Shown here piece after piece: positions 51,722-61,435 of a stretch of DNA of 64,000 bases. The notes under the pieces were generated by a model that did not search any database, had not been told where the DNA came from, and was given only the letters and a program-made list of their open reading frames with translations. A program made the translations under genes and the position numbers. The stretch's first letter is position 1; each line of letters opens with the position of its first letter. The stretch comes from a bacterium. Its GTDB lineage: Bacteria > UBA8248. Location: the NCBI GenBank assembly GCA_965219955.1, contig OZ244799.1, positions 256,001-320,000 on the forward strand, written 5' to 3'.

Positions 51722-52255
51722 CTAGTTTCCCTCGCATTCAATCGTGACCGATTCGATGCGCTCGATGATCCGGCGGATGGTGAAGCTCGCGATCGAGAGA
51801 ACGTCGGATATGTTTTGTCCCGAAAACCCGACGCGCACGTCGACTCGCCCGCCCACGAACGGCTCCGTCGCGAGCATACGGCTCATACGCGGGTGGCCGT
51901 CCATGTCGGGAGCGTTGTTGACGGCTATCGTAAGGCCCGAGAGTTCTTTTTCTCTGAATGCCTCGAGAATGGAGGGGCCCTGAAACGCGCCGAGAGAGAA
52001 GCGGCCGCCGTCCTCTATCCAGTCATGGACGCCGAGGAGCACTTCCGCTCCCTCTCCCAGCAGGAGCGAGCCGTCGAGAATCCGCGACCCGTCGAGGAAA
52101 TGTATTCTTCCGCCTTGCCCGATCAGGGAGTCGGGCGCCTGCTTGCCGCAGAACACGCGCTTCCCACCGGCGGTGGAGAGGTGATAGAGGACGTGCGCGG
52201 TTTTCCCTTCGTGTCCGGCGATATCCTTGATCGCCTGGTCCGTAGCGCGCTTCAT
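51722..52255 (-). CDS. Phage minor tail-like protein
   Basis: ATGA coupling; LDGSRILDGSLLLG motif; LTIAVNN, VDVRVGF. Confidence 0.55.
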   Translation of the reverse strand: MKRATDQAIKDIAGHEGKTAHVLYHLSTAGGKRVFCGKQAPDSLIGQGGRIHFLDGSRILDGSLLLGEGAEVLLGVHDWIEDGGRFSLGAFQGPSILEAFREKELSGLTIAVNNAPDMDGHPRMSRMLATEPFVGGRVDVRVGFSGQNISDVLSIASFTIRRIIERIESVTIECEGN

Positions 52256-53331
52256 GCGAGTCTTTCCCTGAGCACGAGTTCGAAGGAGAAATCATCCGGC
52301 CCCGTCTGGCGAGGCAGGAAACCGCCCGTGAAATGGGCGAGTATTATCGAGGCGGGGTCATCCACATCCACATGAGCGAAGAACGGTTTGGCCCGCCGTG
52401 TTTCGACGTTCTTCACAGCGCGGTACATGGTGAGAAATTCCCTGCGCTGCTCATCCGATATGCGCTCATAGGGAAGGGTGACCGCGCGGCCTCGGTTCAG
52501 GAGCACCGGATGCTCCGCCATGTTTTCCGTGCGTCCCGCCTCCTCGAAGGATTCTTCTCCCACCACGTTTCCGAACCAGAAGTGATCGGCGGGCTCGAAA
52601 TAACCGCCCAAATACATTTCCGAGATTTCCAGATACGCATCCAGATTGGCGGCGGCGCCTTCGGCCAGAAGACGCCAGTGGCGATACGAGCGTGGCGTCG
52701 TGGCGAGATAGTGGATGAGCGTACCATTGCGCCAGGCGAGTTTTTCGTCGAGTGCGGGCGCGCGCCAGTCTGCAGACCTGTTCGCCTGAATCCGGAGGCT
52801 TGTTCCGGGTGAAAAATTGTGGAGGTGGGCGATGAATACGTCGGGAGATTTTTCCGCGCCGAAATCGAAGGCGAGCGACCACGGGTCTTCGGGCGGAGAG
52901 TTGCTCCTCAACCGCGTGGCGGGGTCGAGGTCATACAGTCTTTTCGGCGAGTAAAAGCGATTCGCCGTCGCCTGCCAATGATCGCCCAGGGCGAAAGCGG
53001 GGGAATCCGCGCCACCTGCGAAGCGGACCTTCACGCCTGAATCCAGGGCGATATCCGTCAGGGAAGTGGGGATGTTCGAGGCTTCCCAACCGCCCGCGGG
53101 TGTCGACGTCTTGCGCCACTTGAAGCGAGCGCTTCCCACATCACCCGGGGCGTCAATTTCCACGGAATAGACTTCCGGGTCTTCTCCGGCGTAGGCGCCC
53201 GAGAAGATCATCGAGCCGCCCGCGCTGGTGACCCGGGGAACGCCCGCGCCGACGAATCCCTTCTCCACGGAAGTGGCGGCGATGGCCGTCTCATCATCGA
53301 TGAGATTTTGATACATGAAGCGATGTCCCAT
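52252..53331 (-). CDS. Distal-tail-like phage protein with discoidin-like module
   Basis: ATG 53331 after AGGAG (ORF open to 53397); LAFDFG..HNF..LRIQAN..YRHWRL..ISEMYLG. Confidence 0.58.
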   Translation of the reverse strand: MGHRFMYQNLIDDETAIAATSVEKGFVGAGVPRVTSAGGSMIFSGAYAGEDPEVYSVEIDAPGDVGSARFKWRKTSTPAGGWEASNIPTSLTDIALDSGVKVRFAGGADSPAFALGDHWQATANRFYSPKRLYDLDPATRLRSNSPPEDPWSLAFDFGAEKSPDVFIAHLHNFSPGTSLRIQANRSADWRAPALDEKLAWRNGTLIHYLATTPRSYRHWRLLAEGAAANLDAYLEISEMYLGGYFEPADHFWFGNVVGEESFEEAGRTENMAEHPVLLNRGRAVTLPYERISDEQRREFLTMYRAVKNVETRRAKPFFAHVDVDDPASIILAHFTGGFLPRQTGPDDFSFELVLRERLA

Positions 53332-53693
53332 TCCGCTCTCCTGGATGAGGGCTTCCATATCGGGAGAAGCGTTCCTCCCGCCGTACTTTGGCATCACTCC
53401 GGCGCGAGAGGATGCCGATGTCGTGGACTATATGGAAATCGGGGAGGTGCGCTCGCCTCGCAAATGCGGGCAAATGCGTGGAGGAGACGTGATTTGGAAA
53501 GAGATGGGAGTATCCTTGAAAGAAGATGAGCCATGAGTTGCCGGGTCTGTTCATGTTCACGGAGAGGGGCAGGAAAATGAAAATTTGAGAAATCGAGAAA
53601 ATCTGCTATACTTGATAGTTCAACAGCAAGATGAAGTTTTTTGTTGTACCTACCGGTTTTATGTAGTGTCCGCCCGACGCTTCGAAAGGGATC

Positions 53694-55178
53694 GTGATGC
53701 GCAGGTTAACAGCGCGTCTCGTCGAGCTAGTTGGCTCCACACGAAAATCCGAGAGCAGCTTTGCGAAGTTCTGGGTAGTTGGCGTGCTCTTGGCGGTGGG
53801 CATCAGCGTCTTCCTGAACGTCCGCTCCGAGATGCCTCCCCCACCCGATTCGTCGGAAAAATCCGCTCCGAGCCCTATTGCGCGTAAAGCCGAAGAAGCG
53901 CGCAAAAATACGACACAACGCGAGTTCACCCAGGCATCTCAGAATCAGATTCGTCAGAAGCCCAGAGAAAATGTTTTGAAGAAAGCCGCCGGGGATCAGC
54001 AAATCAAGAGTCCGCCGAAAGAGGAAAAACTCACCACGGAAGCGGGTAAATTCTCCAGAGCGGACACCGTCATCGGCGTGTTGATGGCGCATAAAGTGCG
54101 CCGTTCGGAGATTCAGAAAGTCCTGGATAGCGTGCGTGAAAAGCGTATTTTTTCGCGCATTCGGGCGGGTCGCCGGTTTGAAGTGAGAAAAAAAGACGGC
54201 GAATTTCTCGAATTCGTTCTGCAGCTCGACAATGAAAGTCGGCTCAGGATCTCGCGAACGCCGAGCGGGGCGATGAGGGCCACGAAAGAGGCCATCCCCT
54301 ATTCCATCGATGTGGTACGCATTCAATCCCGCATTCAGAGTTCCTTGTATCATGCCATCGCCGATGGCGGCGGCTCTCCCGTACTGGTGAACAAACTCAG
54401 CGATATTTTTGCATTCGTCATTGATTTTCATAAGGATTTACACAGTGGAGACGAGGTGGAGGTCCTGGTCGAGCGGAAGCATATTCAGGATGAATTCGCC
54501 GGCTACGGACGGATTCTGGCGGCTGAGTTCATCGTGAGGAACAGGCGGCACACCGCGGTGTACTTCGAGGGCGGAGGCGGCAGATATTATAATTTCGAAG
54601 GTGAGTCTCTGAAGCGCGCCTTTTTGCGATCTCCGCTTCGCTATACGCGAATCAGTTCGCGCTTCTCGAAGAGGCGCTTTCATCCCGTGCTCAAGCGCTA
54701 CCGTCCCCACTTTGGCGTAGATTACGCCGCGCCCCGGGGGACGCCTGTCCTTGCGGTCGCCGATGGCGTCGTCGCCTGGGCGGGCCGCAAACGCCAAGCC
54801 GGCAAGACGATCGAACTGCGCCATGGCGGCGGTTACCGAACCGCCTATCTCCATCTGTATCGGTATGCGCGCGGGATTCGCGCGGGCAGGCAGGTTCTCC
54901 AGGGTCAAGTCATCGGCTACGTGGGTTCCACGGGTTTGTCCACCGGCCCCCATCTCGATTACCGGATCACTCGCCGTGGACGGTATTTGAACCCCCTGAA
55001 GGCGAAACTCCCCAAAGGAATACCGCTCCCCCGTTCGCTGCGCTCGGCTTTCAAAAAGATTTTGGACGAGCGTCGAACGATGTTTGACAACTTGCCCCTG
55101 CTGAAGGAAGTTCAGGCTTCACCCGCGGCCCACGAGCCGTCATTCGGCGCCGGGGATCAGCAAACATCACGTCTTTGA
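53694..55178 (+). CDS. M23-family peptidoglycan endopeptidase (MepM-like)
   Basis: N-terminal TM; RFHPV, HFGVDYAA, YLHL, TGPHLDY. Confidence 0.93.
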   Translation: MMRRLTARLVELVGSTRKSESSFAKFWVVGVLLAVGISVFLNVRSEMPPPPDSSEKSAPSPIARKAEEARKNTTQREFTQASQNQIRQKPRENVLKKAAGDQQIKSPPKEEKLTTEAGKFSRADTVIGVLMAHKVRRSEIQKVLDSVREKRIFSRIRAGRRFEVRKKDGEFLEFVLQLDNESRLRISRTPSGAMRATKEAIPYSIDVVRIQSRIQSSLYHAIADGGGSPVLVNKLSDIFAFVIDFHKDLHSGDEVEVLVERKHIQDEFAGYGRILAAEFIVRNRRHTAVYFEGGGGRYYNFEGESLKRAFLRSPLRYTRISSRFSKRRFHPVLKRYRPHFGVDYAAPRGTPVLAVADGVVAWAGRKRQAGKTIELRHGGGYRTAYLHLYRYARGIRAGRQVLQGQVIGYVGSTGLSTGPHLDYRITRRGRYLNPLKAKLPKGIPLPRSLRSAFKKILDERRTMFDNLPLLKEVQASPAAHEPSFGAGDQQTSRL

Positions 55179-55202
55179 ACTGAAAACGAAACAAGGGAGA
55201 AG

Positions 55203-55718
55203 GTGCTCATGTTGATTCCCTTCGAGGGAGTGCTGCCCAAAATTCATGAAACCGCCTGGTTGGCGGAAACCGCCGTCGTCATAGGTGATGTGGAGATCGG
55301 GGAGCACAGCAGCGTTTGGTACAACTGCGTTCTGCGCGGAGACCACATGCCCATCCGCGTGGGCAAGCGCACCAACATACAGGACGGCTCCATCCTGCAT
55401 ATCGAAAGCGGTAAATACGACTGCGTACTGGGCGACGACATTACCGTGGGCCACATGGCCATCGTGCATGGGTGCCATGTGGGAGACGGCGCTGTCATCG
55501 CGATGGGCGCCATCGTGCTCAACAACGTGAAGGTAGGCGAGGGCGCCGTCGTCGGGGCGGGCGCCGTCGTGCCCGAGAACAAGGTGATCGAGCCCGGAAC
55601 ACTCTGGCTGGGCGCGCCTGCGAAGTATGTGCGCGATCTCAACGATGAGGAAATAGAGCGTTTCAAGAGCGCCGCCGTCTCCTACATGAACAACAAAGAA
55701 CGTTTCAGAAATTCATGA
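55203..55718 (+). CDS. Gamma carbonic anhydrase-like protein (YrdA/CaiE)
   Basis: VIGDVEIG, VLRGD, TNIQDG, VGHMAIVHGC. Confidence 0.92.
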   Translation: MLMLIPFEGVLPKIHETAWLAETAVVIGDVEIGEHSSVWYNCVLRGDHMPIRVGKRTNIQDGSILHIESGKYDCVLGDDITVGHMAIVHGCHVGDGAVIAMGAIVLNNVKVGEGAVVGAGAVVPENKVIEPGTLWLGAPAKYVRDLNDEEIERFKSAAVSYMNNKERFRNS

Positions 55719-55742
55719 CCGCACCGGAACCCCTCTTTTTTC

Positions 55743-56702
55743 ATGTCTGAACATTCCCGCCCCGACGCTTCGGCCCCGCTAGCCGCGGTGGTGGATTTGG
55801 GCACGAACGCAGCCCGCCTGGCGCTCGCTACGATCGATAATGCGGGCAGGCTGGAATCGCATGGCCGCTGGCGTGAACTGATTCGTCTGGGCGAGGGGGT
55901 TCGCGAAACGGGCCTTCTCTCCGAGAAGGCCATGGAGAGAGGACTCGCCTGCCTTGCCCGGTTTGCGCAAATCATTGAAAAACATCGTGTTCACCTCGTC
56001 GACGCCCTGGCGACCAGCGCGCTGCGCGAGGCGCGAAATTCGGATGTATTCATAGCGCGCGCCCTGCAACTGGGGATTGCAATGCGCGTTATTGCACCGG
56101 AGGAAGAAGCGCGCCTGGCGCTGGCGGGCGTTTTCGCCGGCGAGGAGGCCAGACCCGAACGCGCGCTGGTGTTCGACGTAGGCGGGGGAAGTCTCGAGGT
56201 GATGCTTGCTGAGCATGACGAGGTTCGAGAGATGGCGAGTCTTCCCGCCGGCGTGGTGTATCTGACGGAGTGCTATTTGAAGAACATGCCCACGCCTCAT
56301 GAACAGGTCCAGGCTTGCTCGGAGGCGGTGGAGGCGATGTTGGCGGACGTTGATTTCGACGAGGCGGAACTGACGGAAATTCCCTTTATCGGTTGTGGGG
56401 GAATGGTGGCGTTGGCCTGGTTTTTGACAGAAGGCAAACCGCTAGGCGGGGGCGTGAATGGCCTCTCGCTGCCCGCTTCTTTTTTCGAGGAATGGGTCGG
56501 TCGGTTCGCCGGGTTGTCTTATGAAGAAAGAAGCGGGCTGCGTGGTTTCGAAATGGGGCGTGAGGACGTAGCGCTTGCCGGGCTGATTGTCGTGCGCGCG
56601 CTGTTGCGGTGGGGACGAAAGAAGGAATTGGGCGTATCGACCGGCGGTGTTCGCGAGGGAAGGCTTCTGGAATTGTTGAAGTCAAGCGCGCAGAATCGTT
56701 GA
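55743..56702 (+). CDS. Ppx/GppA-family phosphatase (short form)
   Basis: DLGTNAARL, RLGEG, ATSALREA, EEEARL, DVGGGSLE, GVREG. Confidence 0.9.
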   Translation: MSEHSRPDASAPLAAVVDLGTNAARLALATIDNAGRLESHGRWRELIRLGEGVRETGLLSEKAMERGLACLARFAQIIEKHRVHLVDALATSALREARNSDVFIARALQLGIAMRVIAPEEEARLALAGVFAGEEARPERALVFDVGGGSLEVMLAEHDEVREMASLPAGVVYLTECYLKNMPTPHEQVQACSEAVEAMLADVDFDEAELTEIPFIGCGGMVALAWFLTEGKPLGGGVNGLSLPASFFEEWVGRFAGLSYEERSGLRGFEMGREDVALAGLIVVRALLRWGRKKELGVSTGGVREGRLLELLKSSAQNR

Positions 56703-56774
56703 AATCGATTGTGAGGCGTGTGTTGGTTCGATGAATCGCAGGACGCCCGGATATACCTCCTTGTGCTTTGTTGT

Positions 56775-56803
56775 TTGACACTGCTTCGCCGCCTTTTTAT
56801 ATT
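56775..56803 (+). promoter_or_regulatory. Sigma70-type promoter upstream of yceD
   Basis: TTGACA-17 bp-TATATT. Confidence 0.7.
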
Positions 56804-56892
56804 TCTAAGTTAGGCGTTATGGATAGGAGCCCGATGCGACGCGATGTCGCAAAACGCACCCGTCTTGCGGCGCACATCCTCTGGGGAAACGA

Positions 56893-57430
56893 TATGGGGA
56901 AAATACTTCAATTTCCTCTCTCCCAAATTCCGGATAATGGCCTGGATGTCGCTCTGGATTTGGAAATGGATGATTTGGAGGAAGTTTGGTTCCGGGCTTC
57001 TGGATTGAAGCTCATCGGCAAGTTGGAAAAAACAGGCTCTGATGAGGTGAGTTTCCAGGGTCGGTTGAGCGGTCGGTTTTTGTTGGAATGCTCTCTAGGC
57101 CTGGCGGAATTCATTCATCCATTCGATGAATCTTTGGCCATCTATTTTTCGCGAATGCCGCAAGATACCGGTTCAGATGATGAAGTTGAACTGAGTGAAG
57201 AAGACCTCGAGGTCGCGTATATCGAAAATGAAACGGTGGATCTAACGACGCCGGTACGCGACCAAATCGGGCTGGCGATTCCCGTTCAGCCCAGATGTCC
57301 TGATAAATGTCTGGGAGAAGCGCCTGAAACTTGCCGGAAACTCGATGAGGGAGAGTCCGTCGGCGTGGGCGCGGAATCGGATCCGCGGTGGGGGCCGCTC
57401 AGTGGTTGGAAACCAGGGGGCTCCACTTGA
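56893..57430 (+). CDS. YceD/DUF177 family protein
   Basis: LECSLGLAEF, VDLTTPVRDQIGLAIP..CPDKCLG, DPRWGPL; precedes rpmF. Confidence 0.85.
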
Positions 57431-57573
57431 TTTTTGAATGGTTCGTGTGAGGTGAATCTCAATTTCAAAATATGTGGTAGTATGTGATGTTTCTGTTTTC
57501 GGGTATGACGCCGAGAGGACATCGGCGGGAATTGCTCGTGTTTAACGTATTATTGTGAAAGGAGTGCGGTGCT

Positions 57574-57753
57574 GTGGGGCTTCCCAAACGTCGGCACTCG
57601 CAGACGCGAGGCCGTAAAAGAAGAACACACTACAAGGCGGCGAAACCATCAATTGCGGTTTGCACGAACTGTAATAATCCGGTTTTGCCCCATCGGGTGT
57701 GCAATATCTGCGGGTATTACAAGGGTCAGAAAGTTCTGGAAGTGAAGGAATAA
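57574..57753 (+). CDS. rpmF: 50S ribosomal protein L32 (absent from ORF track)
   Basis: Manual translation MGLPKRRHSQTRGRKRRTHY..CTNC...PHRVCNICGYYKG. Confidence 0.96.
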   Translation: MGLPKRRHSQTRGRKRRTHYKAAKPSIAVCTNCNNPVLPHRVCNICGYYKGQKVLEVKE

Positions 57754-57773
57754 TACTGCCACTGGAAGAGACA

Positions 57774-58886
57774 ATGAAGATTGCGATAGATGCCATGGGG
57801 GGAGACAACGCGCCTTCGGCAATCATAGAAGGAGCGGTGGACGCTCACCGGGAAGAGGGTATTGAATCCATCCTGGTGGGCGCGCCGGAGCGAATCGAGG
57901 CGGAACTTGACCGTCTTGGAGCTTCAAGGGATGTTTTTGAGATTCGCTCGGCGAGTCAAGTCATCGATATGGGCGAATCACCCACGAAGTCGGTGAAGAC
58001 CAAGCCGGACTCATCCATGCGCGTCGCGCTTCAGTTGGTCAAGGACGGAGAAGCGCAGGGGGTATTCAGCGCGGGCGACACCGGAGGCGCCTTCGCCACC
58101 GGTCTGGCCGTCTTGCAGCGTATGCCGGGGGTTCAGCGGCCCGCCATTGCCGCTCTGGTCCCCACCCTCAAAGGATTTTCCGTCATGCTGGACGTGGGCG
58201 CGAATCTGAGCCCGCGGGCCCAGCACTTGTTTCAATTCGGCATTATGGGTTCCGTGTATACCCAGGAAGTGTTCAAGAAATCCGCGCCCACGGTGGGGTT
58301 GTTGAACGTGGGTGGAGAAGATTCCAAAGGAACCGAGGTGTTGAAGGCGGTCCATGAGATTTTTGTGAAAAGCGATTTGAATTTTGTGGGCAACGTAGAA
58401 GGGAGCACTATTTTTCAAGGCGGCACCGACGTGGTCGTGTGCGATGGGTTCGTGGGCAACGTGGCTCTGAAGGTAAGCGAGAGTCTCAGTGAAATGCTGA
58501 CGACGCTGCTCAGAGAGGAAATTGTCGGTTCGATGCGCAGCAAAATCGGATATATGTTTTTGCAAAATGGACTGAAATCCATGCGCCAGAGAACCGATTA
58601 TTCCGAATATGGAGCGGCGCCATTGCTGGGCTTGGGCGGAATTTGTACGATTGGACATGGCCGGAGCAACTCGAAGGCCGTGAAAAATGCCATCCGTACG
58701 ACGGCGAATATCGTCAAGGTCGATCTGAATGCCAAGATAGAACAAGAGATTGACAAGCATATCTCCATACAGCGCAGTGGAGATGTGGGATGGCGCTTGT
58801 GGAACCAAATACGAACGGGCATTTTTTACGAGAAGGTAACGGGGGACGAAAAGAAGGGTGACGATGAAGAAAATCAGCCCTCTTGA
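57774..58886 (+). CDS. plsX: Phosphate acyltransferase PlsX
   Basis: IAIDAMGGDNAP, LDVGAN, CDGFVGNVALK, GAAPLLG, HGRS. Confidence 0.97.
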   Translation: MKIAIDAMGGDNAPSAIIEGAVDAHREEGIESILVGAPERIEAELDRLGASRDVFEIRSASQVIDMGESPTKSVKTKPDSSMRVALQLVKDGEAQGVFSAGDTGGAFATGLAVLQRMPGVQRPAIAALVPTLKGFSVMLDVGANLSPRAQHLFQFGIMGSVYTQEVFKKSAPTVGLLNVGGEDSKGTEVLKAVHEIFVKSDLNFVGNVEGSTIFQGGTDVVVCDGFVGNVALKVSESLSEMLTTLLREEIVGSMRSKIGYMFLQNGLKSMRQRTDYSEYGAAPLLGLGGICTIGHGRSNSKAVKNAIRTTANIVKVDLNAKIEQEIDKHISIQRSGDVGWRLWNQIRTGIFYEKVTGDEKKGDDEENQPS

Positions 58887-58953
58887 TATCTGACCCGGTT
58901 TTCGACTACGATCATACCCTAGCAGTTATCTCGCCCGTATAGGGAATCATATT

Positions 58954-59943
58954 GTGACCCACTCCGTCATATTGGGGACAGGTTCTTATCTCCCTGAAAG
59001 AGTTCTCTCGAACGCCGATCTGGAAAAAATGGTCGACACCAGCGACCAATGGATTCGCGATCGAACGGGAATCAGCGAGCGGCGTGTGGCGAGGCCCGAC
59101 GAAGCGACTTCCCACTTGTCGATTCATGCCGCCAATCAGGCGCTGGAATCCGCGGGCGTGGGGCCCGAGGAAATTGACCTCATCATCGTAACCACCCTCA
59201 CGCCGGACACGATGTGCCCGGCTGCGGCCTGTTGGCTGCAGTCCCATATCGGAGCGCACAAGGCCGCGGCGTTTGACATGAATGCGGCGTGTACGGGCTT
59301 CGTCTACGGTCTTCAGGCGGCGGACGCCTATATCCGTTCGGGCATGATGAAGAACGTGCTCCTGGTTTCCGCCGACGTGATGACGCGGGTGACGAACTGG
59401 GAGGATAGAGGCACTTGCGTCTTGTGGGGTGATGGCGCGGGCGCCGTCGTTGTGGGGGCGTCGGAGAACGGGAGAAGAGGCGTCCTGGATTCCAGGGTCT
59501 ACAGCGACGGCAAAGGCGGGGAGTTGATTCTGGTCCCGGGAGGCGGTTCGCGGTTTGCGCCGATGACGCCCAACGACGTGCACAACAAGGAGCACTTGCT
59601 GCAGATGAAAGGGAAAGAGACGTTCAAGACGGCTGTGCGTTATTTCCTGGAAGTCTGTAATGAAATGCTGGAGCGAAGCGGTCTCACATTGGACGATGTG
59701 GATATTTTTATTCCGCATCAGGCGAATCTGCGGATTATCGAGGCCGTGGCGAAACGGCTTGAATTCTCAATGGACAAGGTGATCATCACGATTAACAAAT
59801 ATGGCAATATGTCCGCGGCCACCATCCCGGTTGCGCTGGATGAATCGGTGAGGGAGGGGAAAATCAGAAGCGGAGATAATGTCCTCATGGCTGCTTTCGG
59901 TGGAGGCCTCACCTGGGGTGCGTCTTTGGTTGAATGGAAGTGA
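58954..59943 (+). CDS. fabH: 3-oxoacyl-ACP synthase III
   Basis: AACTGF, GDGAGA, PHQANLRI, YGNMSAA. Confidence 0.97.
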   Translation: MTHSVILGTGSYLPERVLSNADLEKMVDTSDQWIRDRTGISERRVARPDEATSHLSIHAANQALESAGVGPEEIDLIIVTTLTPDTMCPAAACWLQSHIGAHKAAAFDMNAACTGFVYGLQAADAYIRSGMMKNVLLVSADVMTRVTNWEDRGTCVLWGDGAGAVVVGASENGRRGVLDSRVYSDGKGGELILVPGGGSRFAPMTPNDVHNKEHLLQMKGKETFKTAVRYFLEVCNEMLERSGLTLDDVDIFIPHQANLRIIEAVAKRLEFSMDKVIITINKYGNMSAATIPVALDESVREGKIRSGDNVLMAAFGGGLTWGASLVEWK

Positions 59944-60048
59944 TGATATGAACGCCTGGAAAGATTCCGCTCCACCCCCCGCCCTGTTTCATCAGCGAGC
60001 ATAATTGATTCAAGCTTCGTCGTTCATGCCATAGGTAAGGGTTGCTAG

Positions 60049-60987
60049 ATGGCTGTGAAAATTGCGTTTTTGTTTCCAGGACAAGGTTCGCAATATGTTG
60101 GCATGGGCAAGCAATTCTATGATGAATATCCTGTTGCGCGAGAAGCCTATGAGCAGGCGAGTGATATCTTAGGATGGGACCTCGCGAGGCTGAGCTTCGA
60201 GGGCCCCAAATCGGAGTTGACGCTTACTTGCCATACCCAGCCCGCAATTCTGGTTCATAGCCATATCGCTTGCACTTTGTTGCGTGAGTGCGGCTATAGG
60301 CCTTCTCTCGCCTTAGGGCACAGTTTGGGGGAATACTCCGCTCTTCTGGCGGCTGAAGCCATCGATTTCCAGACGGGTGTCGAGTTGGTGAAGAAAAGAG
60401 GCCGCTTCATGCACGAGGCTGTCCCCGAGCGGGGCGGCGCCATGGCGGCTTTGCTCGGGATAGAGAGAGAAGCGGCCGAAGCCATATGCGGGGAAGTGGG
60501 AGGCGTGGTGGAGGTTGCAAATTATAATGCCCCCGGCCAATATGTCTTGTCGGGAGACAAGGATGCGGTAGAATCCGCCGCGCGGCTGGCAACAGACAAA
60601 GGAGCCAGGAAGGTTATCATGCTTCCGGTTGGCGCGCCTTTCCATTGTTCTTTGCTGAGCGAAGCGGCCGAGCGGATGAGTGAAGTTCTCGACGAAGCGG
60701 ATATTGCCGATCCTTCAATTCCCGTATACGCGAATGTAACCGCTCGACCCGTTCTGGAAGGAAAACTGGCAAGAGAGTTGCTCAAACGGCAGGTTCGTTC
60801 TCCCGTTCGTTGGGAAGACTCTGTACGTGCGGCGGGCGAGGAGAAACCCGATGTGATGGTCGAATTGGGCCCCGGAAAAGTGCTCTCAGGATTGAACAGG
60901 CGGATATTGAAGGGTATACCGGTGCACAATGTGGAAGATACGCGGAGCCTGGAGCAAACGGTTTCGGACTTGGGGGAGTTCAACTGA
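60049..60987 (+). CDS. fabD: Malonyl-CoA:ACP transacylase
   Basis: FPGQGSQ, GHSLGEY, APFH, GPGKVL. Confidence 0.97.
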   Translation: MAVKIAFLFPGQGSQYVGMGKQFYDEYPVAREAYEQASDILGWDLARLSFEGPKSELTLTCHTQPAILVHSHIACTLLRECGYRPSLALGHSLGEYSALLAAEAIDFQTGVELVKKRGRFMHEAVPERGGAMAALLGIEREAAEAICGEVGGVVEVANYNAPGQYVLSGDKDAVESAARLATDKGARKVIMLPVGAPFHCSLLSEAAERMSEVLDEADIADPSIPVYANVTARPVLEGKLARELLKRQVRSPVRWEDSVRAAGEEKPDVMVELGPGKVLSGLNRRILKGIPVHNVEDTRSLEQTVSDLGEFN

Positions 60988-61157
60988 ATTTCATCCCTGT
61001 GTATGATGGTTGCTGAAGTATTATCAGTAAAAAGCGGAAACAGGTTATAGAATTCAGATTGATCGCTCCGGTGAAGTGAAATGAGTATTGGATCTGAGTT
61101 CTTGCTGAAAGGATGACTCAATACCGGCTTAAGAGAAAGATTTTCGGAGGAATCGGC

Positions 61158-61400
61158 GTGACAGATGATATCAAAGCACAAATAAGAGAAATCATTGTTG
61201 AGCAGTTGAGCGTGGAGCCTGACAAGGTGGTGCCGGAAGCTTCGTTTACCGATGATCTGGGAGCGGATTCGCTGGATACCGTAGAGCTCGTCATGGCCTT
61301 TGAGGAGAAATTCGGTATCGAAATCCCGGATGAAGAAGCGGAGAAAATCTCCACGGTTCAAGATGCGTACGACTACATCTCGAAGGTGCCTGGAGACTAG
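61158..61400 (+). CDS. acpP: Acyl carrier protein
   Basis: [14 protein letters not shown]; GTG after GGAGG. Confidence 0.97.
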   Translation: MTDDIKAQIREIIVEQLSVEPDKVVPEASFTDDLGADSLDTVELVMAFEEKFGIEIPDEEAEKISTVQDAYDYISKVPGD

Positions 61401-61435
61401 AGAAATCTCGTTGGTCTGCAAATCGAAGAGGAAGC

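Noticed and set aside
46480-53490. GCA(G/A)ATGCGGG motifs on both sides of the tail module as att sites
   Set aside because: Too short and degenerate in GC-rich DNA to support the claim.
53694-55178. M23 peptidase as the endolysin of the tail module
   Set aside because: It has housekeeping MepM-like architecture, is divergently oriented, and runs with core genes.
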